A DNA stretch of 63,856 nucleotides, counting the filler, from Choristocarpus tenellus KU-1152 (Eukaryota > Protista > Phaeophyceae): the NCBI GenBank assembly GCA_964200185.2. It is 10 parts of 10 records of this genome, joined end to end, with 100 filler letters (N's around TTAATTAATTAA, not from the genome) between each part and the next. Parts side by side here need not be neighbours in the genome. Positions count along the whole stretch, not along the records: positions 1 to 15,948 come from CAXNAD020000899.1; 9 more parts are not named here. The stretch is one strand, 5' to 3'. Made by a program: the position numbers and the translations under genes. The notes under the pieces are model-generated. The model ran no database searches, was not told the DNA's origin, and saw nothing but the letters and a program-made list of their open reading frames with translations. Below are positions 1-14,219 of this stretch, piece after piece; the stretch's first letter is position 1, and each line of letters opens with the position of its first letter.

Positions 1-419
1 GGGGGGGGGGGGGTACTGAGCATATTAGGAGCTACTGTTCCGTTTCAGTTCCGACCTGTACTAAATGAAGTTACATGCAGCCACTTAGTTGCAGGGATTG
101 GTTCCTGTCATGAGTATTGGCACAAGAGATGCTACAAGCCTTGAAGGAATATGTAGCACACCGCCGGTGTCATTCATACCTTTGGATTGTATGCCACAAA
201 AAGAAAATGGAGGGGTAGGTTACTATCAACACACAGCATACAAAGAAAACTTTATGTTTCCAAACTCCTTGGATTAAGAAAAACATCATTTCAAAGGTCC
301 CCATGCGTATAAAATTTAATAATTCCTGTTTCAGTTACTGTTTTTCGTCAACCCTACCATATCTCACATGGGATGCACTTGCTTCTACCACACCTGCCAC
401 TGTTGTCCCTACCTTGTAG

Positions 420-2677
420 CCTGAGAATCTTTTGATTGGAGCCAGGGGGGGTCTGAAACTTGCTGACTTTGGATGGAGTGTCCATGCACCCAACTCAAGG
501 AGGAATACCCTCTGTGGCACCCTGGATTACCTTCCACCAGAGATGATTGAGGTGCACCACAAACCCCTCACTCACTCTACACTGGGCACATCGAATTCTA
601 CAGTATGTGTTTTGGATTGGCTACAAGTATTTGGACTTCACCAACAACCCCTCAACCCCTGAGTTGGAGGCAAAACAAACTTCGTCTAGTAGACTGCCTC
701 CCCAACCACCACTTTCCCTGGCCCACTAATCAACTTTGCCTACTCTGTGTGTATGTAGTGTGGCTCCATTCCCATGGCCATGCCCCACATCTTCAATACT
801 GGCTTCTGTTGTCATGGTAAACCATTGTCCTCACTCCTCCCTCCTTCTCATACCACTATCTTCTACACATCATGCCTCCTCTCTAGGGTCGAGAACACGA
901 CAACACGGCTGATATCTGGTCGCTGGGTGTCCTGGCATACGAGTTTTTGGTGGGGCGCCCACCATTTGAAGCTGACGGGCATAGTGCCACCTACCGGCGA
1001 ATCTCCAGGGTAGACCTAAGCTTCCCCAAGGCAAGAAAACTCAAGAGCCCCCTGCTCCATCCACATTGTTCTTGAGTATTGGAGTTGTGGCAGAGTGAAT
1101 GGGGATTTGTATCAACAGTTTGTCTCTTCCTTATCTCACTTGAGAGGTTAGTGTAGTGTGCGTATGCTTTTAAGTACTAGGTGCCTTTTGCAATGGTATT
1201 AGAGTTTGAGCTAATTAATAAGTGGGTGCATTGTGATACATGTGCTATGTAATTTATGTTTGTGATTGGTGCTGTTTGTATTGAAATCTCTTCCAGTCTT
1301 GTTGCAGCAAAATGCTTTCTTGCTTTGTTGACTTTTTGGTTGAGGGGTGATGGTTTGAGTTGGCAGTGGAGGAGTTGAAGGGTTATAGAGGAGTAGATGA
1401 GGGTGTAACTATGTGAGGGTTACATAGTGCCGATCATGACAGGAGTTGCAACGGGTAGATGACTAAAAAGATATTATATTTGTATGATTAAAAAGATTGT
1501 CTCTCACTGTTCATTGATGTTGTACACCTTTGATTGCATGATGATTGCCAATCCTGTGGCTCTACTGCACTGGGGACAGTCATGCATTAGCTAGTCCCAG
1601 AATAATGACCATACTCTTCTGTTCATTTTGGTGTAGGATTTCGAGTTACATGCCTGACGTTGTTAGTTATTGAAGCACAAATGCAAAAAAAGTAGCTACC
1701 ACAAATAAAGTAGCTACCACAAAGAAGGTTCTTGGTCGGCACAAGTTCTCGGCATCTTTTGCTCTTTCCCTTTGTGGGTGCTGATCTAACCCTTTGATTC
1801 TACCCTACCTTCTACCTCTTTGGTGTATACAAGATATGTTTCTGTTTGTTACTATCCCAATTCATTAACTCAACAGCAGAACGTGCTTTGTTGCTTCTGG
1901 TTATGTTTCAACAATACTTGGGGGTGGACCAGGGTATGAGCCGTGAAGCCACTGACCTCATCATCAGACTTTTGCAAAAGGAACCTAAAAAACGTCTTCC
2001 CCTGGATCAGGTAAGCAGGCCTCTTCCATCTGCAAACCCTACCCCCCCTGCCCTTGGTTGTTCTATTTTTGTAGTGCTGGGAGTAGCTATTTTCCGTGAT
2101 AAATTCAAGCCCTTTGTCTGCGAGTGTGAGAGGCTGATGTCCTGACCTCATGAGGTGTGGATTTGCAAGACATTGCATTAACAGTTTCAAGAGATACATG
2201 AAGGTGAAGGAAGAAGTGAGAGAAGGGAGGGGAGGAGTAGAAAATGTTGTGTACGGATAGTGCTGTTCTTACCTTAGCACTGGGTTCATTGTCCTGTAGC
2301 ATCACAGGCACAGTTCTCGGGATGATGAGGTAGATGTGCGGATTCATTGTCCTGCACTTTTTATTGTTTGGTCAATCACAGAAAGAAGTTATCGTAGTGA
2401 TGATGACTCTCTTTCCTTTTTTAACCACCTTGTGCAAGGTATTTTGTGACGTCGGACACCCCTTTTTGATTCGACTCTCTTGCCATCCTTTGCACAGACT
2501 GTTAGTTCACTATGACAGCAGACCCCACTCTGATCCCCTCTCACCTCTGTGCATCACTGAAATTTCTTTTTTTAGGTGGCAGCACACCCATGGATCCGAA
2601 AACATGTTGGACCAAACAGCACCATTGGGCCATCAAGGGAATTGGGTGGTGCTAAGAGGAAGGCAGTACCAGTTTAG
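420..2677 (+). CDS. AURK: Aurora kinase, 3' part (4 exons; 5' exons not in window)
   Basis: Exons 420-551 ([44 protein letters not shown]), 887-1030 ([48 protein letters not shown]), 1933-2010 ([26 protein letters not shown]), 2576-2677 ([10 protein letters not shown]...AVPV*). All phase 0 with AG acceptors. DFGWSVH and [13 protein letters not shown] are Aurora signatures. Second intron has a GC donor. Confidence 0.95.
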
Positions 2678-5600
2678 CACAACAGTGGACGTATTGGTCT
2701 TGGGATAAGGGAGGGGGGGTAGGGGTAGGGGTAGGAGGAACGAGTGATACGTGCTCCAAGGCGCATGGCAAGCTCTCTCAGCTTTGCAGCGCTTTTTTTT
2801 TTTAAGCTGCTCTCCTCGTTGTTGGGAGGCGTTTTCCTTGTAATGGGGGGTAGATTGGGGGGAAAGGCTCTTCTTCAGTCAGTGGAGGTCATGCCTGTTT
2901 CTGATAGGACAGTAGAGGGGGGAAGATTGAAGTGGAGCTACCTGGGTTGATAGGGTGTCTGTTGGGCTGGGATAAACAGGTGGTCAGAGTTTGCCTACCC
3001 ATTGGGAGGCATTGTGCAGGCCATATGCATTATTATTAGTCAGAATTTGTTTTGGTAGTTACGTTGCGTTTGGAGAGAAGGAGGGAATGAACCTATGCGA
3101 CCTTGAGCACCTAATGGTACCTATGCAAGATTTCCTTACAGTAAATCAGGGGGGTTTGTTTCTGCAGACATTCCTTTGTGTACGTTGGTTGATCCGTAAC
3201 AGGAGGAAGAGGTGGAAAATAGGGGAGAGTGGTTCATTGTGCCACGCGGTTGTGGTCCAGTGTTTTCCTCAGTGCCATAGCTCCTGTTCCTCATATGCAG
3301 ACTCCCATGTACCATCCCAAGGAATGATCTGTCTCTTACTTACCCTGCAGAATGACACTTGTGATACTTGAGGTGTGCAGGTGTTAGTGTAACTGATGCT
3401 GTTTGTGTACGTAACTGTTGTACAATCTAGGCTGTTTATGTATGTGTGCATGCAATCTGCATCTGTATGTTTCTTGTTTGTTTTCCCTAGTGTGAGGAAG
3501 GCTTTCTGTGGTGAGTGTTTTGTTACATGTGTAACGTAGTGGTATGCTGGGTGTCCAGTTTGTGATAAATATGATTGGTTCATGCTGCTGGGGGCAGACA
3601 ACATTATTATTTTTTTAGTATTACTTTGAGAAAGAGGGAAATGGGGGTATAAATCCTTTGCCAGTGTGTGTACTCCTGACATGAACCACATGTCGGAGGG
3701 TACGCTGCACTTGGAAACCAGCAAGGTCGCCAAAAGGATCGTGCACTATTAGTTGTAGGGGGGGGGGGGGACAGGCAGTACTGATGCATGTCCTTTTCAA
3801 TGTAGAGGATGTCCAGCATGTACAAGTAGGTGCAGCAAGACTGAGGGCAGTGGCGTGTGATATTCCACACTGCTTTTGGTGGTAGACTGTTCATCTTTTT
3901 TTTTCTTTTGCGAACAACTGACCAATCAGATGCACTGCAAAGAAAGATGTTGTGTGTTGAGCATTTATGTTTTACACTCCCCATTGTGTGGATTCTGGTG
4001 ACATCCGCATTCCCTTTCTGCAGGGGCAAGGAGAAAAGTGATAGGGGGGGGAAAGGGGCTTGAGCTCCTCCTTGCCCCTTGAGGTACTGTAGGGGGTACA
4101 GAAGAGAAACCCGAATTGCTCCGCACCCTGCTCATATGGCGTAGACTTTGTGATAATGTCTTGGGGAGGCGTGTGTTTGGTGTTTGTGTTATCTTTGGGG
4201 GGCTTTGTTGGCTGCTTTTTGCCTTAGAGGGGGATCTTGTACAGGTAGACTTGTTGGAAGGAGCAGGAGCTAGCCAGATGTTGAGTCGAGATCATGACAT
4301 CCCATGGGGACAGAAGTAATTTCCTGCATTTACTGTCCCTCACAGCAGAGACCCATTGGCAATTGTTAAGATGATAAGGTGTTGTCAACACATTGGGGAG
4401 CCCTGCAAAACCGGTAAGAGTGTTTTTGGAATACTTCCTCTCCAAAAAATGATATACTCCTGTTAATGCTATTACAGTTGTCCTGTATTGTATGTACAAC
4501 AAGGGAGTACAGGAGTACTTCTGGTGGAAGTACATTTTGTTTGTGAGAGGGTACTACACTACGTTCACACACCCCATATGCAAAGTTGAAACATCAAATC
4601 ATCAGTAACAACGTGGCAAATATGTGAGCAGAGTTTTGATTGCTTTTTTTTCCCTTGTTACGGATTGTCAGGACAGGGCATACCATTGTTCTTTATTCAG
4701 AGCCCGATCAGTTGGCAGAGGGGTGACGCGGGATTCTCCAATGTATGCACTCTCGTCTTTTTTCTGCATTAAAGATAGTGCTTGGCATGTTGTGTGTAGT
4801 GGTCAACCGGGCTGTAGATACCTTGTCATCAATAGTAACAGCTACTACAAGCATACAATAAGAACAAGGTAGGGGTGTGAATAGCTACGATTCCTACCGA
4901 AGAAAACAGATATCATGATAACAAGTAAAACCTTCCAATTGGTCGATAGCTTCCTTGCACGTGCGCATGCATGCTTTGTGGGTTCCAGATTAATCGTTAT
5001 GGTGCCGAAGAAGTGTACAAGGCTATGTACGAAGCAATCAACCGCATCAAAAGTTTCGAGTCCTTTTTAATTATTTATACAGACACGTCGTTGGATTCAC
5101 ACCCCATACATACTAAACATCATGCATACATTGTGCGCATATTCTTTTGAGAGTGCAGCAACACATTATTATTAGCATTCAGTGGTAAAGCAGAAACACA
5201 TATTTGTTGCGCGTTTAATACTATGTATGCAACAAGGGTTTATCTCTTCAAGCTCATTTTTCGATAATTTATCAACATGAAACACACTAGTAAAACTGTA
5301 GTGTTTGAAATGGCCTTGTGCAGTGCTCCAAGTTAGTCTTTTTCTAATTTATCAGTAAAATTCAGATGGTGATTAAAAGGCACCCTCCCATTCCCCCACA
5401 TAACAACCATGACTCACATCACATATTGTCATGTTTGGATTTCCATAGATGACCACAAATTACCACACCCCTCTTACTTAACAAAAGGTCAGTTATAAGT
5501 CAAAGTCAGATACAACTTCTGGAGTATGAGATATGGGTGTTTTGTAACACATACTGATATGTTTTATACCGATTTCTCCTGGCAAACCAAACCGTAAACC

Positions 5601-6418
5601 TATTTCAGCAAACATACAAACATCCCACTGTGCTGCATCTTAGTGTCCGTTTAACCTGGTACTGCAGTGATTCCACACATGCATATAGATGGGTCATAAT
5701 AGGAGAGTGAGTAGCTGTATTATAGGATGAGATGAAAGTGGTGAAGAATAGTATCTTGTGCTGCCAAAAATCAGTGTCACCGATAAAATTACAAACAAAA
5801 TAATATTACCTGACAAGAAGCACTTTGAAGGTCAATTCGATCACACTACACCTTAACTACCTGGAATATGAGTGTGTTCAAGTGCAAGGGCTGGCTGCTC
5901 CCACGCGCTCAGCTCCAGTTCCACATAGGCAGTTGCATCTGACGCTGGGGAGTGGGCAAGCATGGGAAAAGGTATCATAGTATAAGAGAGTGAAGACAAA
6001 GGTAGATGTAATGTTATACATGTATATACTTTGTATATGGTACATATATACGTGATCCAGAATGGGAAACAGAAAAGAAATATATGTAGCCCCAAGGTCT
6101 TCACCAACATAGACACGAAAGCACAAAAGTAGCATGCCTCTCCCAGGGGAAAGTGAGGTGTTTGAAGCACTCACGACGCATAGAATACTTGCAGCAACAA
6201 TTGAAAACATGCCGAGCAGGAGGAGGAGAAGACTCTGTCCTTAGGAGTGGGCATTCCATTCTGAAGTTGTTGTCTGTTTCATGGTAAAGTTACGTGCGAA
6301 TCATTGGCCAAGTCAGAAAACAAGCACAATAGTAGACTGGATTGAAGCCACGTTTACAAAGGGAAAACAGTCAAGAAGAAAAAACAATTGAATCGTATAA
6401 ATATGTACTCCGAGTATA

Positions 6419-6690
6419 TACTCCCTCTGTCCCACAAGTCTGTTCCTTTATGCATGTACCTCTTCGGGATGGCCTCCGATTTCAAAAGGGATTTTTCCGT
6501 TGGATAATTTTTTACGGAAGGCGAGCTAAACTTGAAGAGTATATGAATGTCTGGACCGCGTTGAACATAGGCTACTACTCATCTTTTGTGCTTTCTTTAT
6601 ATTTTACTCCCTCTGTCTAGAAGTCTGTTCCTTTATGCATGTACCTCTTGGGAATGACTTCCAATTTCAAAACGGATTTTTGCATTAGAA
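6419..6690 (+). mobile_element. Two tandem Stowaway/mariner-type terminal fragments
   Basis: TA+CTCCCTCTGTC...AAGTCTGTTCCTTTATGCATGTACCTCTT occurs at ~6419 and ~6605. It resembles the TIR of the mariner at 11978-15342. Confidence 0.6.
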
Positions 6691-7332
6691 TGCCTCTCCT
6701 CGCTTTCACTCAACGCCGTCAATCCACCAATTCAGTGCCTTCTTATGGGCCTATGCCCGCCTATCCTCGGTTCCATATTTCTTGTGTTGAACAAGATTGA
6801 GAAGGTTGAATAATGTTGGAATGGAATGATGAACCAGATTGGACCCAGGACACCTGTTGGGGCATCAATGTTGGCAGCCTTTCGAAGGGGTAGAGCATAG
6901 ATAGGGAAAGGGGATGTTGAAGGGACTGAGCAAGAAGATACGAGTAGTAAAACATAAAAACAGCGAAACAACAAAATTAGTGGTAACAATAATGTGGAGG
7001 TAGGGAAGGAGGTTTGCACACGCCAGAGACAAATCAAATTATTAGTCGAGTAGAAATCAATTCCGCAAAAACCAATTGCCATTCCTTCTGTCCTAAATCT
7101 GAGTAATACACGTCGGGGCACATCCTTACAAATAAAAGATATAGGAGTAACCTCATTCATTTGTGAATCCCAAATCAGTTGTACAAGTACATATTTCTAA
7201 GAGTGGTGTGGGACAATTTTTTAAGACCTGGTGAGACGGTGAAAAATTGACATACTGTGATTTGTACCACTTGCTCACAACCACAAATAATTTGGGAGGG
7301 ATTCACCTCAACGTATTTAGTCCTATGATTTC

Positions 7333-10300
7333 ATTATGCCCTCTGAGATTTGCAGATGTATCAGGGAAAAGTCAAAACTCTATGACAAGAACTGCAGGAA
7401 AAATAACGGTTGTCGCCAATGGAAAAGGTGCCTCTCTTAAAAAATCTGCTACATGGAGTATTCGGAAACTAGCAATACACCAATGCTCCCTTAAATGTTG
7501 GGAACTGCAAAATAATGTGTGCACTGCTATTATTCTAGCCTAGCTTAACCCTACGAAGGTGGGTGAGGAGCTAGGGAAGCATCCGAAGAATCTGATAGGC
7601 CCTTCTTGTGCTCCTTCCTCCTGGTGTCTGTAGGTCCCGATCAACAGCAGCATCACTAGGGCTCAGGGATGGCTAGAACTAGAAGAGTAGGAGGATTTAC
7701 TTGAGGCCTTGGCGAAGGACCTCAGAGATGAGCTGGTGGAACTAGGTTGAGTTACAAGCACTGCAACTCAGGCTGGTGAGGAAGGGGGTCGGCTGTCTGG
7801 AGAGTAGAGCGTGACACAGGATAACGATGGCAATGATTGTGATTGCGATGGAGGGGTGAACCTTCCTCCACCACCCACGTTGAAGTGCCACCATTATTTC
7901 TTGAATTGGAGCAAACAAAAGGGGAACGAGAATAAACTAATTTGTGGCCTGCACATTGCTGCGCAAGGCGAAAATGTAACTATTGAGTGCTTTTGCTTTG
8001 AGACCTTTGATACAGACAGGTATAATCAAACAGGTCTTAGACTGATGGATATTGGTTCTGTTCTCTACACAAATTAACCTTGGGGGGACACGACGTCATA
8101 CCTGAGTGAAGTCACAAACATGTGCTTCACACCTGTTTTTAAATGACGACTTTTTGAGCCGATACAAGCCTCTTGAAAACTGTTCACCTCAAGGTGTGTC
8201 AAGCTGGAAATAATGGCGAAAACCGCCTTAAAGTGGACTCTTAAAAAAAGTAAGCCGAGTCGGTCAACAAGCCGAGTCATTTTGGGTTCAACCACTAGGA
8301 TTACATTAAAAGATATTGAATTGACATTTTCCCTGACACATCTCAAAATGTCAGTGTCAGAGGGCATAATAATATACATGTTTGTCTGTACAGTAGTAGG
8401 TGGGGGGCCCTCTTAATATTTTATTGTATTATTATGCCCTCTTAAAAATTTCCAGATGTGTCAGGGGGAAAACCCTAATGTGGGCACTTTATTAATTATT
8501 ATGCCCTCTGACATTTTGCAGATGTGTCAGGGGGAAAACCAATGAAAACTACACATATATATGTCGTTAGTAGCCCTAAAGAAATAAAATATCCTCAACG
8601 TGAGAACACTATAAAACACTGAAGTGTGGAATTATCGTCTGAGGTAAGTATACGAAGTTTAGGGTACCGAAAAATATTTGCACAACCTGATTCGGCTGAG
8701 AACGAAATCACTCGCTCAACCCAACACTCTACACTCAATTTTCGAGTTTATTACGGATAAAATTTTGAAGGTCCTTCCAACTTCAATTTTTGGGAGATGT
8801 TTTTCTCGTGCGGGTTCTATTCTTCCTTTTCCTTTCTTCTCTTCTTCTCTTTTTGATATTTTTTTCCACTCCTTTGTTTTCTTTTTTTATTGTTGTATTT
8901 TGTCGACGAACGTCTTCCTGTATCAATATCAATATGAATACGGACCTTTGCGATTTCAATCTACTCCGTACCTCACTCACCTCTTCAACCACCCAATACC
9001 CACCTACCTGCTTTGGTCTGGCCCATGAATATACCCTATAATGGAAGCTATAATAAAGTGAGTTGAAGTATAATAGTAGGAGCTATGTCTACTATCTGAT
9101 TTTGTGATTCCATGAAGATGGTGATCCCATCTCCATTTGTGGGCTGTCCATTTCTAGTTTTAGAATTTTGGTTTTCGTCTATGAAGGGGAGGAAGGGGAG
9201 GAGGGAGAGAAGACTATTGTGTGGATGGGTTGATAATTTGAACAACCCAAGAACCTCAGGTCTTGATAAAATGGATTGAGTGGTACCATTTGTTTAATCA
9301 TCAAATTAAATACTCAGAAGGAGAAACAAGTACAGTATTTTTCCCAATTGTTTGGGATGGTAGGGCCTGTCGAATAACCTAGTGTTATCCTTACGTTGTC
9401 TGTGCTAATACAAGTATATAACATAATAGGTTTCATGTACGTTTATCTTTGGTTCGGTACAATACAAAGTAGTGACATGCATAGCGGTATGGTGGGTCAG
9501 AGGGGCAATACAAGTGGTATGGCACACTTCGCTGTATTATTGGTGAAGCCGTCACAACCTAGCGACGCTCTGTGGTGTGTTAGAAATATCAGGATCCTCG
9601 CGTTCCATAGGTATACTTTTCGCTGGCAAGGGAATCCTAGCGATTGCATAGTGGCGCTCGGAAGTTGAGCTGTCTGTTTTAGGGTTGAAAATTCAGGGGT
9701 TGTTATGATCTCATCCTAGTGACGCCCAATGAATGAACAAATTCTTGCATGTGGTACCCGGGAACCTCGAATCCGACCTACAAGGAAGATTCCACTGTTC
9801 AAAATCGTTCATGAGATTTGGAAAGGGAGAACATATGAACTTGTTGGAAATAGCTTTGACATCTACGTTGACTAATTTTTATGAATTTGTGGTTCTTGAG
9901 AATGTCTTTATCGTCGTTTTCTTCGTTAAAAAATGTGTACAGTATTGCCCAGATAAAGCCATGAAATACGGTGCATTGCACAGGGTAGGAACGAGGCTTG
10001 GACGGAATGCAAAATGGTCCAAACTTGCCGATCTAGCTACTTTTTTGGCTCCCCTGGGACTGACGATGACATTCCTCAAGTGTCAGAGATTGAGAAGGAT
10101 GCCAAAGAGAATGGTGAAGAGGAGGAGGTCGATGCGGAAGAAGTGGATGGAGAGATGACAGCCTTCGTGTAGATTTCAAGAACTAATGAGCTCGTTGTGA
10201 GCACAAAACATCTCAATGTGTCGATTCTTCAGTGACCCAAGCATCATTGAACACGGCCTGAAAGACCAGTGACTTTCCACAGGGTAACACGCAAGGATAT

Positions 10301-11597
10301 ATCATATTTAGCATCTCCCATGAACAGAATCCTCCAAATATCTGTGTTGTCTTTACTTTTCATGCCTTGTACCCGAAAAAATAATTCAACGTACTTCATT
10401 ACTGTGCAATATAGGCTGGTAGTCTATATGGGTTATACGTGTTTAGTGACCACTATTAGACAACAGGAATGTTGACTAAGTGGAAAAGGTGTCATTGACT
10501 TGTGGTCGTGTACTTAAAGTAATGGGTTCCAACCTCAGATGATCGATTGCTTATTACTTGATGTAAATGGACTAATGGAGGAATTCTGACATAGTGCTAG
10601 CTACACAGGATAAGTGACATAGTACAATGTAACGTCAGGACACGTTTTGATGTGTTAGCTGACACACGTGTTAACTGACACAAAAATATTGTTGCTTTTC
10701 CCAACAGTATGTAATTTCGACCCTATTCCAACAATCTCAACTCCTATAATACCTTAGCATGTGCTACCTATCAAAACCCAATTTTCTGCTCATACCACCA
10801 GATGCGCCTTGCCCTCATCTTTCACATTATATAGTGTTTATTATCCGGTTTGAGCAAGAAGTGTAAAAATTACATCCATATTGCTACTATGAAGTAGGTT
10901 CTCTCCGTAATAACTATGTTTGAAGTGGAACCATTTGAAACTGTTTGTTGAATGAATTGAGAAATATTTGAGATGGTTTAGATAATATGATTAGTGTAGT
11001 ACTCTACAAGTAGAATTTATTCTAGTTGCTACTTTTTAATTTTACCATTGTTTGTCTCACTTTATCCTGACTTAATCCAGTTGAGAGGTGGATATGTTTG
11101 AACTTTTTTTGCATTCTAGGGCATCTTTCTTACCCTGTACGCGACACGCCCTATTTCATTGCTTTATGCGCAAATAATCGTGTATGCAAATTGATATTCA
11201 GCCTTTCCACACACAAAGTAACACCATAGTTCTGCAGAGTCTCTTTCTGCAATTATTGTACAAAATGACATCTTTTTGCCCTTTCTTTCTCGGGATCCTT
11301 AAAATGTAACCTTGCCTACCTCTCAGTGGGTTTAGCTCATTGGGACTAGGAACCACTTCCTTGACCCCTACCTAGCCTGGACCGGTAGTCAATGGCAGCT
11401 ATGTTGCAAACGCCGTGTTCACACTACTACATCGATGAGGTAGAAGTCTCAGCCCTCGAGCTCATAGGTAGATGATGAGGTATGGTGACGGCTACATGAT
11501 GAAAATCGTCAAATATGCTGGATCTCTCACTTTGATTGTGATTTGATCGAGAATATATCATTGGTTTTCCCCTGACGTATCTGCAAAATGTCAGAGG
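7333..11597. repeat. Dispersed ~40-bp repeat motif in direct and inverted copies
   Basis: ATTATGCCCTCTGACATTTTGCAGATGTGTCAGGGGGAAAACC-like copies at ~7333, ~8431 and ~8498 (+); ~8326-8370 and ~11559-11597 (inverted); a diverged copy near 57030. Confidence 0.7.
9368..9525 (+). mobile_element. Solo or partial LTR of the Copia family at 29928-33630
   Basis: Starts TGTCGAATAACCTAGTGTTATCCTTAC and aligns over ~150 bp with the LTR starting at 33457. Right boundary approximate. Confidence 0.7.
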
Positions 11598-12033
11598 TGT
11601 TAAAGGGGTCTGGTTCTGTGTGATGGGGGGTGATAAGATTCACCAGAGATGAGGTTCAGGAAGGAAGTGAAAGATGAGACTGAGGCATGCTGGGTGTATA
11701 TTGACAGCCTCAGAATGCCATGTGGATCGATCTTCACTGTGATTGGTTATGACCAGTCAGAACAGAAAATAGAATTTCGGGCTTTGATGGTTTGAATCCA
11801 CCGTTCATGTCGGGGTTACCGCGAGCCTGTCGTGTGTCTGACCCACACCAAATAAATTATCTTAGTCTCAATACCAAAGGTGACACATGCAAATGTATAT
11901 GACCGCGCGTATTATCACGAGTGTGGGGAGATTATATAAAATAAAATATATATATAAACAGAGTGGTGTACTATTTACCTCCTCTCTCCCATAAGTCTGC
12001 GACGTTATGAATTTTCCCCTATCGATTTCGTTA

Positions 12034-13741
12034 GAGTGGTACCAATAGCTTCGCGGTCTGTGGCAATCCTGTTTTATTTCACTGTCTTGCCACGAGAGAT
12101 ATGCAACAATATACATATCAAATGAACGCTTATGCCAAGAGGGGTTGAAGATTTGTATGCAGGAATGTACTAACTCCAGCAAACGGGAACTGTATTCCGA
12201 ACAAAGAATGGCAAAAACGCGGGGGAATAACTCCGGCGCAAATCTGATGGTCACAACCTCAAAAGATACAAAATTGAAGTGGTTGGCTGAATTCCCTGTA
12301 AAACACTGGTCTGGGATAGGCCCTGTCATGTTAGGATGCGCGTGGCGATACTGAAAAAAAAGCAAGATTCTTAGACATATTTTTAACGCCTTTTCCAGAT
12401 TTTCTGTGACCACACACACAGGCGACCCACACAGCAATACGGACCACAACGGAAAGAAAAGGAGAGCTACCGAGGCCACTCTGCCCCCTCGATCTACTCT
12501 CGGCACCTTCTCTGTCGAGAGGTGACAAAAAACAAGTACCCTGTGATATTCAGTGCGATATCAGGTGACAAGAAAGTGCGTGTACTGTGTCACAGCAGCA
12601 TGATCAAATCGTGCAATGGACCACACGGCCGCGACACTGACGCTGAGAGAAGATGCATTGGAAGCATTACCACACAAACGTGGTTTGATCTTCAACCACA
12701 TCAGTGCACTGCTCTGCAGTCTCTGCCGCCTCGGGAAAGCAGGAAGAGAGCAGCAAGTCCATCACCAGGTGTGGTACTGTGATGAAGTCTGTGGGGAAGC
12801 CTGGTCACAGCGGGCGAAGGGAGAACCAGAGTGACCGTCTAAAGGGAAGGTTCGGGAGGAGAGCAATGCGACTGTGTGCCATTGTGCCCAGGAAACACCT
12901 AAGCGAAAACACGGGTGTAGAATATCTTAGTAGTCGACGGTTGCAGCAGGGCTTAGTTGTTTGGAAGCTATGTGAAACCAGAGTGGCATAGGAAACGAAA
13001 AAGAAGGTGTTAGGGTTAGGCTACGAGGGCTCTGAAGCCCAAAAGAATGTAACCCATTTCCGGCGCTCAATGAGGAAATGTGATAGTAAATGCTCTAACA
13101 CTGCGAATCCTATACCTGTGTATGGACGACGGGAAAGACCATCAAACGGCGCTTGAGATGGCAGCAGGATATGCGATGGTCAGGCCGGAAGCTGTGAGTA
13201 AAGACCCAAAGTATCTGGGGGGGGAGAGGTCTACACCAAAGTGTCCATTTTGGACCAAAACCAGGAAAAGTGCACTTTCATTATCCATCCAACGTATGGA
13301 ACCATATCACCAAAAATCGCGACATGAAAAAATTGGTCCCAAATGGACAGCCGCCACCCCCCGCAGATACTCTGACCCAAATGGGAAAGAGACTTCCTAA
13401 CTAAGGGCTGCATCAAGGTGTCGGAGCAAGGACGTACCGAGAGGCGTTTCGTTCTGGGCCTCGATGAGGACATCCTTACCGAGGTCAAAGAGTGGTGTGT
13501 GAACCCACCGTAAGGGTAGGAAGGCTTTTTTCCCGTCTAAACCCTACACTTCAATCAAGTAATAGTATATCTGTTGCTACTCTTGGCGACATACAATCCA
13601 GGGTTCGAACCCCAAACGAAGCCCGTACTCTGGAGGGCATTGTGACGGTCATCACGAATACGCTTTTATTTTTTTAATCTGATGTCTACATCAAAAATTA
13701 TGACTGGACAAACCCAGACGCATAACCTATTGGTACCACTA
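12034..13741 (+). mobile_element. Non-autonomous Tc1/IS630-like TIR element, copy 1 (nested in the mariner)
   Basis: TIR AGTGGTACCAATAG(C/G)TT at both ends with TA flanks. Homologous along its length to 55370-56952. Remnant HTH-like peptide ALEMAAGYAMVR...KWERDFLTKG.IKVSEQGR...DEDILTEVKEW. Confidence 0.75.
13203..13378. mobile_element. MITE subfamily A (~176 bp)
   Basis: Ends GACCCAAAGTATCT...AGATACTCTGACCC with AAA duplicated on both sides. The empty site GTGAGT-AAA-TGGGA is visible in the paralogous element near 56540. Confidence 0.9.
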
Positions 13742-14219
13742 TAGTTCACGAATACGAACACTTTCTTCATGTATGATATCGGTAGAATTAAAGCTTTGGA
13801 TATAATTGTTCGGAAAAATTTTGGTATTCGCATTTTGTTCCGAAATGGTTCTCAATTTGTTCCGAGAAGTGGAACCGAAAAAACGTCCTATTCAACCCCA
13901 TTTTCAGTGACTGTGCTACATGTGGTGGCAGGTACAACACCCCCCAATCGTCAAACAACATCTCAGCACCTAGCCAAGAAGAGCCTTGCGACTCTCCCTT
14001 AGCTTCCAGACCATCTGCGACGTGAGTCCCGTAGACAATATGGCCATGCCAGTGAGTCTGCCGTCTTTCTCTGGGAGCCATTGTCTGGGGAAAAAATTGC
14101 GAGATGAGCGAGGAAGGTCGAGACGCGCTGGCCATATACTATGGTTAGTGCTGCCTCCTGGTAAGAAACAGCTTCTGAAAGGGTGGGCCAGGGAGGAAAG
14201 GGTGGGCTCCACTACTAAG

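Noticed and set aside
5853-6270. Exon-like minus-strand pieces (SDATAYVELELSAWEQPAL...)
   Set aside because: Splice-like sites exist, but I could not assemble a consistent or recognisable protein.
11868-12506. 212-aa minus-strand ORF
   Set aside because: It crosses two transposon boundaries and is only partly open in the paralogous copy, so it is probably a chance ORF.
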